A model generated the notes under the pieces. The model was not told the DNA's origin. It did no database searches and saw only the letters and a program-made list of their open reading frames with translations. A program made the position numbers and the translations under genes. 64,000 nucleotides of DNA, taken from positions 54,056 through 118,055 of the forward strand of contig JBMOLG010000006.1 of NCBI GenBank assembly GCA_049324275.1. The letters are read 5' to 3'. Positions within the stretch are counted from its first letter, which is position 1, and each line of letters opens with the position of its first letter. The stretch comes from Nanobdellota archaeon. Lineage in GTDB: Archaea > Nanobdellota > Nanobdellia > Pacearchaeales > GW2011-AR1. Below are positions 31,390-41,106 of this stretch, piece after piece.

Positions 31390-32739
31390 ATGGTTGAAAA
31401 TGAAGGTGAACTTAAAGCAAAAGCTCGAAAAATCAGCATTATTGAAGGTTCTGCATGTTCTGTAATGGATGGATTTGGATCAAGGTATATTACTCCTTAT
31501 GCTCTTGCTCTGGGGGCGAATAATACTCACATAGGCTTTTTAAGTTCCATACCTTCGTTAATCGGAGATTTTTCACAGCTTTGCTCAATAAGATTAATAA
31601 AAAAAGTTCCACGAAAAAAAATTGTTTTTTTTGGAGTTCTTTTGCAGGCTTTAATGTGGCTTGGCATTATTTTTGCAGGAAGCTTATTTTTTCTTTTTAA
31701 TTTAAGCTCAAACTTGGTTTTGATATTGCTTATATTCATTTATTCATGCCTAATTATTTGTGGGGGATTTGTTGAACCTATCTGGAATTCCTGGATGAAG
31801 GACATTGTTCCTGAAAAGTCGGCAGCATATTTTGGAAAAAGAACAAGAATCTGCAATTCGATTGCATTAACAAGCATGCTTATAGCAGGCTTTATTTTAG
31901 ATTATTTTAAACAAACGAAAATTTTCTTAGGATTTATCATTTTATTTTTCATTGCTTTTATTTTTAGAAGCGTTTCAGCATTGCTATTCTTAAAAAAATA
32001 TGAACCACAATATGTTCATAATGAAGAGTCTTATTTTAGTTTTAGGTCTTTCTTGAAAAAAATTCATCAAAACAATTTTGGAAAGTTTGTCATTTATGTT
32101 GCTTTGATACAATTTGCTACGGCAATCGCTTCTCCGTTTTTTTCTGTTTATGCATTGAAATATCTTGAATTCACTTATACTCAATATACTATAATGATCA
32201 TGGCTCCGATAATCGCTTCTATTCTATTAGTTTCATCATGGGGAAAATTTGCAAACAAATATGGAAATTCAAAAGTCCTCAAGATATGCGGAAGCATGAT
32301 ATGGCTGATTCCTTTTCTTTGGATGTTTTCACCATTGATTTTTATTTTAAACAAAAATCTGGCATGGTTTTATATTATTCTTGTCGAGGGATTTTCAGGT
32401 TCAGTCTGGGCGGGGTTTAATCTTTCATCGAGTAATTTCATTTATGATGCGGTAACAAAAGATAGAATTGCTTATTGCTTTACATATTTCAATATTTTGG
32501 GTTCCATAGGGACATTTATCGGAGCTATGATTGGAGGATTCATCTCATCATCAAACTTTGTCTTTTTTGGACTATCTTCAATACTTTTAATTTTTTTATT
32601 CAGTTCTATAATGCGCTTCAGCGTATTTTTAATAATGGCAGAAAGAATAAAAGAAGTTCGGGAAGTTGAAAAATTTGATTTTGATGTGACTAAATATTCG
32701 CAGATGATTAAAAAAATCTTAAGGCCGAGATGTGCCTGA
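31390..32739 (+). CDS. MFS transporter
   Basis: About 12 TM segments in a 6+6 layout with a central loop. Confidence 0.7.
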   Translation: MVENEGELKAKARKISIIEGSACSVMDGFGSRYITPYALALGANNTHIGFLSSIPSLIGDFSQLCSIRLIKKVPRKKIVFFGVLLQALMWLGIIFAGSLFFLFNLSSNLVLILLIFIYSCLIICGGFVEPIWNSWMKDIVPEKSAAYFGKRTRICNSIALTSMLIAGFILDYFKQTKIFLGFIILFFIAFIFRSVSALLFLKKYEPQYVHNEESYFSFRSFLKKIHQNNFGKFVIYVALIQFATAIASPFFSVYALKYLEFTYTQYTIMIMAPIIASILLVSSWGKFANKYGNSKVLKICGSMIWLIPFLWMFSPLIFILNKNLAWFYIILVEGFSGSVWAGFNLSSSNFIYDAVTKDRIAYCFTYFNILGSIGTFIGAMIGGFISSSNFVFFGLSSILLIFLFSSIMRFSVFLIMAERIKEVREVEKFDFDVTKYSQMIKKILRPRCA

Positions 32740-32778
32740 TTCCGCAAAGATTTTAAAGTATTTTTTCCAGATTAAAAT

Positions 32779-33366
32779 GTGAACAAAAAAAAAGTTTTAG
32801 TGATTGTAGCTCATCCCGACGATGAAACTATATGGATGGGAGGGACAATTTTATCAAATCTTAAAAAATGGGATTTGACAATATTAAGTTTATGCAGGCG
32901 TAATGATTCTGATCGAGCTCCACGATTTAGTAAGGCCTGCAAAAATTTTTATCATTCTAAATCTATGATGTCTGATTTAGAAGATGTTCAATTGAATGAT
33001 ATTCCTTTGAATGATGTTATTGGATGCATAACAAAAACTCTTTCTGAAAAAAAATTTGATTTTATATTTACTCACGGAAATAATGGTGAATATGGACACA
33101 AAAGGCATAAGGATGTTCATAAGGCTGTGAATAAAATGATTGAACAAAAATTATTATCCTGCAAAAAAATTTTTTTCTTTTCATATTTTAAGAAAGATAA
33201 GCTTTGCTATCCAAATCCGGAATCAAATAAATTTATAAATCTTGGAACACGTGTGTTTATGAAAAAAAAATTTATAATAACAAAAATTTATGGATTCAAT
33301 AAAGGAGGATTTGAAGAACAGTGCTGTAGGAATGCAGAAGCTTTTAATTTTCGAGAATTCAAATGA
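32779..33366 (+). CDS. PIG-L/LmbE-family deacetylase
   Basis: VIVAHPDDETIWMGGT and HKRHKDVH match the family. The start codon is GTG. Confidence 0.8.
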   Translation: MNKKKVLVIVAHPDDETIWMGGTILSNLKKWDLTILSLCRRNDSDRAPRFSKACKNFYHSKSMMSDLEDVQLNDIPLNDVIGCITKTLSEKKFDFIFTHGNNGEYGHKRHKDVHKAVNKMIEQKLLSCKKIFFFSYFKKDKLCYPNPESNKFINLGTRVFMKKKFIITKIYGFNKGGFEEQCCRNAEAFNFREFK

Positions 33367-34502
33367 GATGCATAGTTTTTTATGCTTATCCACCTGAACC
33401 TGATGGACAAAGTTTGCAAGGAGATCTTTTATACAAAGGAATTTTAGCTAACGGAGAAGAGGCAATCCCATGTCATTTTAAAGATAGCATTCAAAAAGAA
33501 TTTTTTCTAAAGCATTACAAGCCAGATGTCGCATTTGGAATAGGATTTTGGGGAAATGTTCCCGAAGTTGTGAAAGATCCGTTAAAATATGGAGTCCAGC
33601 CTGTGCCATGGTTTAATGCTGATGGATGGGTTGCAAATTATCATGATGAATTTGAAGCACTGCCATTAATGTTTACAACAAGCGCATGGGTAAGAAGCAT
33701 CTATGAAAGAGATGGTGTTGATGTAAGCAAAATTATTCCAATGCATATCGGCATTGACACTGATTTGTTCAAACCCTTGAACGACCCTGCATCCGCCAAA
33801 CTTATAAGAAAGATGTTAGGAATCAAGAACGGGGAAAAAATAATTCTTACAATCGGAGGAGACGTGACCTCAAAAGGAGCACAGGAAATGTTCAAAGCCC
33901 TTTCACAACTTAACAAAAAATTTTCAAATTGGAAATATATCTGTAAATCATGGCCAAGTGAATGCGCAAGAGAATGGAGAGTGATGGAAGAACAATTAGT
34001 TGAGGAGTTAGGAATTCAGGACAAAGTAATCTTTGTTGAAGATGAATTTGCCCAAGAATTTATGGTTCATTTGTTGAATGCCTGCGATATTTATGCAGCG
34101 CCTTCGAGAATAGAAGGATTTGGAATGATTCAGGTTGAAGCCATGGCCTGTGGTAAGCCTGTAATTTCCATTAATGTTGGAGGACCTGCTGAAACAATTA
34201 TACATGGCAAGACCGGCCTTCTTGCAAGGGTTGCAGAAGAGATTCAATTAACAGAAGAATGGGCATATCCGCATATGGGATTTGATGAAGAAAAGAAAAT
34301 TCAATTTGAAAAGCCAAAAACATTTGCATACAGGGCGGACATTAGTGATTTGAAGGATTTCACGCTGAAACTTCTTACTGATGATAAGCTAAGAGAGGAA
34401 ATGGGAAAGAATGCAAGAGAGCATGCTGTCAATAATTTTGATTATCGTGTCACTTCAAAGAGAATGATTGATGTTACTAAGAAGAAGCTGGGATTGAAGT
34501 AA
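33363..34502 (+). CDS. GT4-family (GT-B) glycosyltransferase
   Basis: PSRIEGFGMIQVEAMACGKPVI...G...E.I..G.TG matches. ATGA overlap with the LmbE gene. Confidence 0.85.
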   Translation: MRCIVFYAYPPEPDGQSLQGDLLYKGILANGEEAIPCHFKDSIQKEFFLKHYKPDVAFGIGFWGNVPEVVKDPLKYGVQPVPWFNADGWVANYHDEFEALPLMFTTSAWVRSIYERDGVDVSKIIPMHIGIDTDLFKPLNDPASAKLIRKMLGIKNGEKIILTIGGDVTSKGAQEMFKALSQLNKKFSNWKYICKSWPSECAREWRVMEEQLVEELGIQDKVIFVEDEFAQEFMVHLLNACDIYAAPSRIEGFGMIQVEAMACGKPVISINVGGPAETIIHGKTGLLARVAEEIQLTEEWAYPHMGFDEEKKIQFEKPKTFAYRADISDLKDFTLKLLTDDKLREEMGKNAREHAVNNFDYRVTSKRMIDVTKKKLGLK

Positions 34503-34571
34503 TAATATGCAAAAATATTCATTAAGATAAATTATCTCTTTTTCAAATTCAATGAAATGAAAAATAAATTC

Positions 34572-35720
34572 TTATACTTTCCTTAATGAGCTTAAGATTT
34601 TTTTTAGGCTAACTTTTTTTACTGTAGTCAATGAATCCCCTGCACCCGAGTATACCAAAATATTTTTCATTTGACTATCCGGAACCAATCCTGTTGGAAA
34701 GATTATTCCTCTTTCTCCAAATATATCTTTCTCATATTTTTTTGATGGAATAAATATTGGCTCTTTAGATTTTGAAATCAACTTTTCAGGGTCATTTAAA
34801 TCAAATAAAGCAGCCCCGATTGCGTAAATTGGAATTTTTTCAATTTCTTTGATTCTCATAAACTTTTTTATAAATTTGATGATAAATATTTCTTTCTTGA
34901 TTTTGCTCTTTTCAGTTATAGCGTGATAAAGCAGAAGCCATCCTTTTGCTGTTTTTATTGGAGGTGGGCCTGAACCATTCTTTCCTTCGTCCCAATCTCC
35001 AGGTTTATACAGCTCAATAGGTTTTGGTTTTCCCCAAAATTCAAGATTTGCCGAGTACGAAACCCAAATATGCGGAAGAGTAAACTGGAAGCTTCCTTCG
35101 GGCCTGTCAAATGCGATATATTTATCGTTTATCATTTCAGGGAAAAGCACAACATCTTTATCCTGCTCGCCAAAAATAATTCCTCTGCGATACCAATTAA
35201 TGCAGTCATTTGAAATTGAATAGCTTGTTGAAACATTTTCATTTCTAGATAAAGAAACATATGTCATAAAGTAAAGATTTCCTATTTTTGTTATTCTTGG
35301 GTCTTCAATTCCCAATTCGCCGTCCCATTCAACTCCAAAAAAGCTTGGCTTTTCATCGATTGAAATAATTTTAAAGCCATTTTCAGCCAAAATTACCCGG
35401 CGAAAATGCGATATGAATGTCAATCTTTTTGTTCCGTCTTTAAAGGAAAAGTCAAGCTCACTATTATCAGTAACTATTTTTTTGCTGAATTTGTCAATTT
35501 TTATTTTAAATTCATCTTTTCCCACCATTCTCGGAGAATAAAAATATTTTTTATCAGATGCTTTTTTTAATTTTTCAATTATCCTTACATAAAGAACAAT
35601 TCTCCCGTCAGAAATTCTTATTGCCCCTGGATTTATTGCGCCAATAACTTCAAAATCTTTTGAAGAAGGTTTTATATCCTCGGGCTTTATTAATACACAC
35701 TCTTTTTCCGCTTTTATCAT
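34572..35720 (-). CDS. GH130-family glycosidase/phosphorylase-like protein
   Basis: GAINPGAIR, GIEDPRITKIGNLYFMTYV and YSGAGDS match. It is a paralogue of 11475..12518. Confidence 0.75.
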   Translation of the reverse strand: MIKAEKECVLIKPEDIKPSSKDFEVIGAINPGAIRISDGRIVLYVRIIEKLKKASDKKYFYSPRMVGKDEFKIKIDKFSKKIVTDNSELDFSFKDGTKRLTFISHFRRVILAENGFKIISIDEKPSFFGVEWDGELGIEDPRITKIGNLYFMTYVSLSRNENVSTSYSISNDCINWYRRGIIFGEQDKDVVLFPEMINDKYIAFDRPEGSFQFTLPHIWVSYSANLEFWGKPKPIELYKPGDWDEGKNGSGPPPIKTAKGWLLLYHAITEKSKIKKEIFIIKFIKKFMRIKEIEKIPIYAIGAALFDLNDPEKLISKSKEPIFIPSKKYEKDIFGERGIIFPTGLVPDSQMKNILVYSGAGDSLTTVKKVSLKKILSSLRKV

Positions 35721-35837
35721 CTTTAAGCTTAAATATAAATTAGTTTATAAATTTTTTTTCTAAGATTAAATATAAATTTTTTTAAACTATCTTTTCGTAT
35801 AAAATGTGGTATTGATAACTAAACATTAAATAATAAA

Positions 35838-36140
35838 ATGGAGCAATATTCAGAGCAACAAACAGAAATAGAAAATAATGAAGTAAAAAGATTTTTCTTA
35901 CTGGCAAACGCATTCAAGGAAGTTGTAAAAACTCCCGGTTACCTTGAAGATAAAACTAAATTAAAGGACGAATATATGAAAATTTTAGATGAGCTCGAGA
36001 ATTCAAGCCGAGAGGGGCTTAATGAAAGAATTCGAGATAAAGTTAGATTGAGAAGATATGAATCTATGAATTGGCAGAAATTTTCAAAAAGTTTTGATAA
36101 GATGGGAGTCTGGCCTAAAATGAAAAGCATTAATATTTAG
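35838..36140 (+). CDS. hypothetical protein (100 aa), ends at a TAG that is in frame with the next ORF
   Basis: Clean ORF. See the finding on the in-frame TAG. Confidence 0.45.
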   Translation: MEQYSEQQTEIENNEVKRFFLLANAFKEVVKTPGYLEDKTKLKDEYMKILDELENSSREGLNERIRDKVRLRRYESMNWQKFSKSFDKMGVWPKMKSINI

Positions 36141-36224
36141 TTTACAACTGGCAATGTTGTTGAAACTGCTGAATTAATCAAGCCATTTTACAAAAAAGAA
36201 AAAACAGCAGAGCATCCAAAACTT

Positions 36225-36473
36225 TTGAGATTAATCGAACAAATCCATTCGATTGAATCCATTTTAGATTTTGTCTATCCAAATTTTCCTTTAGTTTTAT
36301 TTCCCGGAGGAGAGGTGAGGGAAAAAGATTATAATAATTGGGTGAGACAAGAAAAAAATAATGAGCCTTTCTGTAAGATTTACGATTTTGATATTGATGA
36401 TGGTTGCAGCAGGGCTGTAACCTATGCTTTAAATGGCATTGAAAATGTTTTAAGTTTTGTCGGAAGTTATTGA
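36225..36473 (+). CDS. hypothetical ORF without an ATG start, in frame with 35838..36140
   Basis: The only start option is TTG. The frame is open all the way back to the TAG at 36138-36140. Confidence 0.3.
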   Translation: MRLIEQIHSIESILDFVYPNFPLVLFPGGEVREKDYNNWVRQEKNNEPFCKIYDFDIDDGCSRAVTYALNGIENVLSFVGSY

Positions 36474-37207
36474 TTGTTTATTTCTAAACCTGTTCGATCA
36501 AGAAATTTTATATCAATCTTCTTTTCAGATTCAGAACGCTCGTCTTTTATTCTTCTGATGAAATTTAGAATGCATCCCATTTTAGAAAGTTTGAGTTCGC
36601 GGACTTTCATTTTTCCTGCATCTAATGCAAGAGGCATTAAGACTGCAATCAAGCATTTATCAAACCTATCTGCAAAAGATATATGCGGATTTTGTTCATC
36701 CAAATTCAAATAAAAATTTCCATTACCACAAGATTCAATATATTCGATTAAATAATGGTCAGCAGTTATGAAGTTATCAGAACCTTTTATGAATAATGCT
36801 TCTGCTAAATAGCCCCCTTCTAATAAGAGATGAGGCTCAGAGCGTTGAAGAGGACAATCTTCAGAAACAGGCTTCTCAAAATAATGCGGAATACATTGAA
36901 AAAAATGACTATATGCTTTGTCTTCTTTTTCTATTGGGGATTCAAGTTTTAATTTACTCTTTGAAAGAATTATTGGATAAACATTATTTTGATTTTCTGA
37001 TAACTCCCAAAATTTTTCTTTAATAAAATTTAAATGTGAATGAAATAACTCCGGATATAAATATTTTATTATTAGTCCTCTTGAATGCAAAAATAAATTT
37101 TGCTGATAGCTAATTAGATAATTTTTTTCTACATAAGATGATAAGTTGCCAGAATTTGGTCTCTTTAATATTTTATTCAACTCTCTTGACATTATTTTTT
37201 TAATCAA
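36467..37207 (-). CDS. hypothetical protein (246 aa)
   Basis: Clean ORF with no motif recognised. Confidence 0.45.
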   Translation of the reverse strand: MIKKIMSRELNKILKRPNSGNLSSYVEKNYLISYQQNLFLHSRGLIIKYLYPELFHSHLNFIKEKFWELSENQNNVYPIILSKSKLKLESPIEKEDKAYSHFFQCIPHYFEKPVSEDCPLQRSEPHLLLEGGYLAEALFIKGSDNFITADHYLIEYIESCGNGNFYLNLDEQNPHISFADRFDKCLIAVLMPLALDAGKMKVRELKLSKMGCILNFIRRIKDERSESEKKIDIKFLDRTGLEINNQ

Positions 37208-37370
37208 AGCAGGTATTTAAGAATTTTTTTGATTTGATATATAGATTATTGGAGAAATAAAATTCCATAAAAGTGGAGATATTTTAATTCTAATTTGAAA
37301 GGTATATTGGGGCAAGGATAGAGTTTTAACAATCAAAAACAAATTTAAACATAAAACTCATAAATTCGTG

Positions 37371-37979
37371 ATGGGAAAAATATCAGAGGAAGAAGTCTGG
37401 GATACGATTGCAGAAAAATGGGAAGAATTTAGAAAAAGGCCTGTTCCTGAAGTCTTGGAATTTTTAAAAGATAAGAAAGGAAAAATTTTAGATTTAGGCT
37501 GCGGGACCGGAAGGCATTTGCAAAAGATTAATGGGATAAAATTTTTTGGGATTGATTTTTCTGAAAAAATGTTAAGGTTCGCTGAAAAGAAAATTAAAAA
37601 AGAAAATATTGAAGCTGTTTTGGTAAAGTCAGACATGTCTAAGCTGCCTTTTTCCGATGATTATTTTGATTATGCGATTTTCATTAGATCCCTGCATTGC
37701 ATTCCTTCAAAAAAAGCCAGAGAGAAATCCTTAAGGGAACTTTACAGGGTTTTAAAGCCGAAAGCAAAATCATTAATTCAGGTATGGAGCAAATCACATG
37801 AACGATTGAAGAATAAAGAGAAAGGAGATTATATTCCCTGGACAATAAACAACAGGCAGATTCAAAGATATTATTATATCTATGAGCAAAATGAAATTCA
37901 AGATTTGTTGGAGAAAGTTGGATTTAAAATTTTGAAGATTAATGAAGATAAAAATATTACAATTGTTGTTGAGAAATAA
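37371..37979 (+). CDS. class I SAM-dependent methyltransferase
   Basis: ILDLGCGTGRH (motif I), then FDYAIF and LKPKA. ATG at 37371; the track starts at GTG 37368. Confidence 0.85.
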   Translation: MGKISEEEVWDTIAEKWEEFRKRPVPEVLEFLKDKKGKILDLGCGTGRHLQKINGIKFFGIDFSEKMLRFAEKKIKKENIEAVLVKSDMSKLPFSDDYFDYAIFIRSLHCIPSKKAREKSLRELYRVLKPKAKSLIQVWSKSHERLKNKEKGDYIPWTINNRQIQRYYYIYEQNEIQDLLEKVGFKILKINEDKNITIVVEK

Positions 37980-37980
37980 T

Positions 37981-38009
37981 TAATCTTTAGGATATTTCAA
38001 TAAAGATTA
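37981..38009 (+). terminator. hairpin directly after the methyltransferase stop
   Basis: Perfect 9-bp inverted repeat taatcttta (37981-37989) / taaagatta (38001-38009) with an 11-nt loop, followed by a T-rich stretch. The stem is almost entirely AT. Confidence 0.25.
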
Positions 38010-38081
38010 ATTAAGAATTAACAATTTTTCTAACATATTTTTATACAACTTATAAATTTACATAATTTGATAGATAAAGAC

Positions 38082-38377
38082 TCAAAAATTCTCACCATCA
38101 TAATCTTTACTTCCCCATGAAATAGCGATCATATTTTGATAATAAAGATAATTGCAAAAAGACTTTCCTTTTTTTGAATAATATTTTGATACTGCATTTT
38201 TAGATCTTTTAATTTTACCGCTTAATTCAAACATGCGCCTTTCAAGTTTAAAATTTCTTTTTAATCTAAATTTTTCAATAAGATTTCAAGTTTTGAGAAA
38301 TTTTTTTGTTTAAAATCTCTTATGAATATTGACCATCCAACTGCTTCATTGTAACATCTTGCTTTAACAATTTCCAT
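38082..38377 (-). pseudogene. possible frameshifted small gene
   Basis: A minus-strand 38-codon ORF starts at ATG 38377 and stops at 38261-38263. A 60-codon open frame ends at 38082. The two frames overlap around an A5 run (gaaaaat). Confidence 0.2.
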
Positions 38378-38419
38378 ATTAAGTTGAAAGCAATTGCAGT
38401 TTTATATCTGTTGGCATCT

Positions 38420-39382
38420 TTAAATCTTAACAAGAAGAAAATCATTGCCTTTTTCGATGTGAGTTCCCAATTCGCCTGATAGTGTTATTATTCTATCTGC
38501 GATTTCTTCATAATCTAATGATTGTGCAAGATTAGCGCGAAAATCTTTTATTAAGGTGGGGAATAATTTAATCTCTTTGATTTCTTTTTTCTGCAATTCT
38601 ATAATAGAGAAGAAGCTGAAATCATTTCTTAATGCAGGGTCCACCGCATAATCATCTATAAAATCTCCACAACTATAAAAAATAGGTTTGTTGTTATATA
38701 TTTCAATTCCCTGAAAAACGTGAGAACTATGCCCATGAATAATATCTGCTCCTGCATCAATCAGTTTATGAGCAAAATCCATAAAACTTTCTTTTGGCCT
38801 TAATGCCATATTCTGACCCCAATGCAGGCTTAGAATCAATATATCCAAATTTGGTTTTATTCTTTTTATCTCATTTGAAAGGTTTTCAGCATTATCATTG
38901 TTAATGTCAATAAAAAAAATTCCTGGCTTTTCATTTGCATGCCATTCGGGCATATTATCTGTCATTCCAATTATTCCTATTTTTAACTTATTGATTTCAA
39001 TTAAAATTGGTTTCTTTGCCTCAGCAATGTTGATTCCTGCCCCGCAATGTTTTATGCCCGCCTCATTGAGAATTTCAATTGTATCTTTTAATCCTTCTTC
39101 GCCAAAATCCATAATGTGATTATTTGCAATGTTTACCGCTTTGATATTAGCCTGTTTTAGGACATTTATTGCATTTGATGGCTCTGCTTTAAAATAAAAC
39201 GTCTTTAAAGTTTTGCTGACTATATTAGATTTGGTCAATGAGCATTCTAAGTTAATCAAAGACAAATTCGCTTTTTTGATTTTATCCAATGTATCGCCCC
39301 AAAAATATTCAGGAATCTTGATTTTCATTTCATTGTCAATCAGTCTTCCAAGCATTACATCTCCTATTATAGCAATTTCCAT
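38420..39382 (-). CDS. CapA/PGA_cap-family metallophosphatase-like protein
   Basis: IIGDVMLGR, NLE.S, ANNH, GAG and LHWG follow the pattern of the poly-gamma-glutamate capsule CapA family. Confidence 0.75.
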   Translation of the reverse strand: MEIAIIGDVMLGRLIDNEMKIKIPEYFWGDTLDKIKKANLSLINLECSLTKSNIVSKTLKTFYFKAEPSNAINVLKQANIKAVNIANNHIMDFGEEGLKDTIEILNEAGIKHCGAGINIAEAKKPILIEINKLKIGIIGMTDNMPEWHANEKPGIFFIDINNDNAENLSNEIKRIKPNLDILILSLHWGQNMALRPKESFMDFAHKLIDAGADIIHGHSSHVFQGIEIYNNKPIFYSCGDFIDDYAVDPALRNDFSFFSIIELQKKEIKEIKLFPTLIKDFRANLAQSLDYEEIADRIITLSGELGTHIEKGNDFLLVKI

Positions 39383-39505
39383 TTTATTAAAGCACTTTAA
39401 TCTATTAATTTCTTTTGAAGTAATTTTTTAGACGGCAAAACTTAAAATATAAAGTATGTAAAAATTTATAGTTAAATTTAAAAATCTTTTAAGGAAGATA
39501 TCGCT

Positions 39506-40024
39506 ATGAAAAAAATCAAATTGGGTTTGGCAGTTCTTTTCTCAGGCATTACTTTAAGCTTAGCAGGAGATATTGTCAATATCCAGAACCCTTACACTGT
39601 TGTAAACCATGGAGATAAAACTTTCATTGTAGAACTTGATAGGACATATCTGTATGAAAATAAAGAATTAACCCTGGTGGATTATAAGCCTTTTATTTCA
39701 GGAAAACAAATAGACGCATTAATTGCAGCAAATATAATTCGTTCAGAAGGAAAGCCTAAAAGTAATAATTCTTCAATTAGAAGGCTTGAACTTTTCGATA
39801 AAGAACAAGGGTGGCTTTATGCTTATGAACTAACTTCAAATATGATTGAAATTTCAAGCTTTTATAGAAATGATAAGGGCAGATGGAATTATTTTTGCAC
39901 ATTTAAAGATAAAAATTTAGATGGAATAAATCTTCAATATGGCGGGATTTATTTTTCAAAGAAAATTGGTGAAACAAAATATAAACAAATGCTGGATTAT
40001 TTAATCAAATCAAAAATGAGCTAA
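39506..40024 (+). CDS. secreted hypothetical protein
   Basis: N-terminal signal peptide (MKKIKLGLAVLFSGITLSLAG). Confidence 0.5.
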   Translation: MKKIKLGLAVLFSGITLSLAGDIVNIQNPYTVVNHGDKTFIVELDRTYLYENKELTLVDYKPFISGKQIDALIAANIIRSEGKPKSNNSSIRRLELFDKEQGWLYAYELTSNMIEISSFYRNDKGRWNYFCTFKDKNLDGINLQYGGIYFSKKIGETKYKQMLDYLIKSKMS

Positions 40025-40026
40025 AT

Positions 40027-41040
40027 TTATGTTCTGTTGAAAATGTTTTTAACATATAATCTAAGCTTATCATCAATGAGCTTAAGAAGTTGTTGTGAGT
40101 AAGGTAAATTGTTAACGTCGATCATTAGTGTATCGATTGCCTGATTTGCTAATTTTGTTTGGCCTGAATTTGTCAAATTTCTATTTTTAGAAATTTCTGA
40201 ATACAATATATCCTGAGTATTATCTTTGTCTTCAACGTATTTTTGAATTTCATAAAAGGAATAGCCTTCGGCCAATTGATTAAGAATCAAATTTGATGAA
40301 GCTATCCTTGCCTGAATTGTTTCTTCTTCAAATTTGATTGATTTTAAATCCAATAATAATTTGTTCACGTAGCACATAAATGGATTTGAATCTTTTTGCC
40401 AGTATAATGTGGGTTCGCATATTTCATCAAGGCAGTCCCCAATATCTGGAAATGAATTGTATATTTCAAATGATTCTCTAGCTTCAATTATTGATGAGAA
40501 AAAATCTCCCCTATTTTTATCATCAATTGCATGGCCTAAATGATGTGAAATCTCAAGAAAATTTTCAACTGCAGTGAGGTTCTTTTTTATGAATATGACA
40601 TTTTTATAAAAAATGCCTGATTCGTCTTCTTCAAAATCGTAATTTTCCGGCAGATATTGCTTTATTTCCTTGAAATTTGAATAATAAAATATCCTTAAAT
40701 TTTCAGGAATTCTCTCTCTATAAAAATTGAAGTGAGTCTCATTGAGCAGGTCTATTAATTTCGTATTAAAACTTGAAATTACTCTTTGTTCTAAAAAGAA
40801 ATCTTTAATATATTGTTTGTCAACGTAGTCATCTGGATTTTTTGCAATTATAGTGCCAATATCAAGGTCTTCATTAGCAGGCGAGTTTGGTTCCTCACAT
40901 GATTTAAATCGTGAGGTCTTAGTCCCGCATCCAAGCAATGGAGATAACCCTAAGCTAAGAAGGCTTAATCCAAAAAACTTTGAAAAATTCCTTCTATTCA
41001 TAGACATATCCTGTGATAAATATTGTGTTAATTTTTCCAT
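40027..41040 (-). CDS. putative Tat-signal lipoprotein, unknown function
   Basis: NRRNFSKFFGLSLLSLGLSPLLGCG combines a twin-arginine-like motif with a lipobox Cys. Confidence 0.5.
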   Translation of the reverse strand: MEKLTQYLSQDMSMNRRNFSKFFGLSLLSLGLSPLLGCGTKTSRFKSCEEPNSPANEDLDIGTIIAKNPDDYVDKQYIKDFFLEQRVISSFNTKLIDLLNETHFNFYRERIPENLRIFYYSNFKEIKQYLPENYDFEEDESGIFYKNVIFIKKNLTAVENFLEISHHLGHAIDDKNRGDFFSSIIEARESFEIYNSFPDIGDCLDEICEPTLYWQKDSNPFMCYVNKLLLDLKSIKFEEETIQARIASSNLILNQLAEGYSFYEIQKYVEDKDNTQDILYSEISKNRNLTNSGQTKLANQAIDTLMIDVNNLPYSQQLLKLIDDKLRLYVKNIFNRT

Positions 41041-41106
41041 TCTGATTTAAAGAATTTAATCTATTTATCAGATGAAAGTTATAATTTAAACTAAAGCTGT
41101 ATCTAT

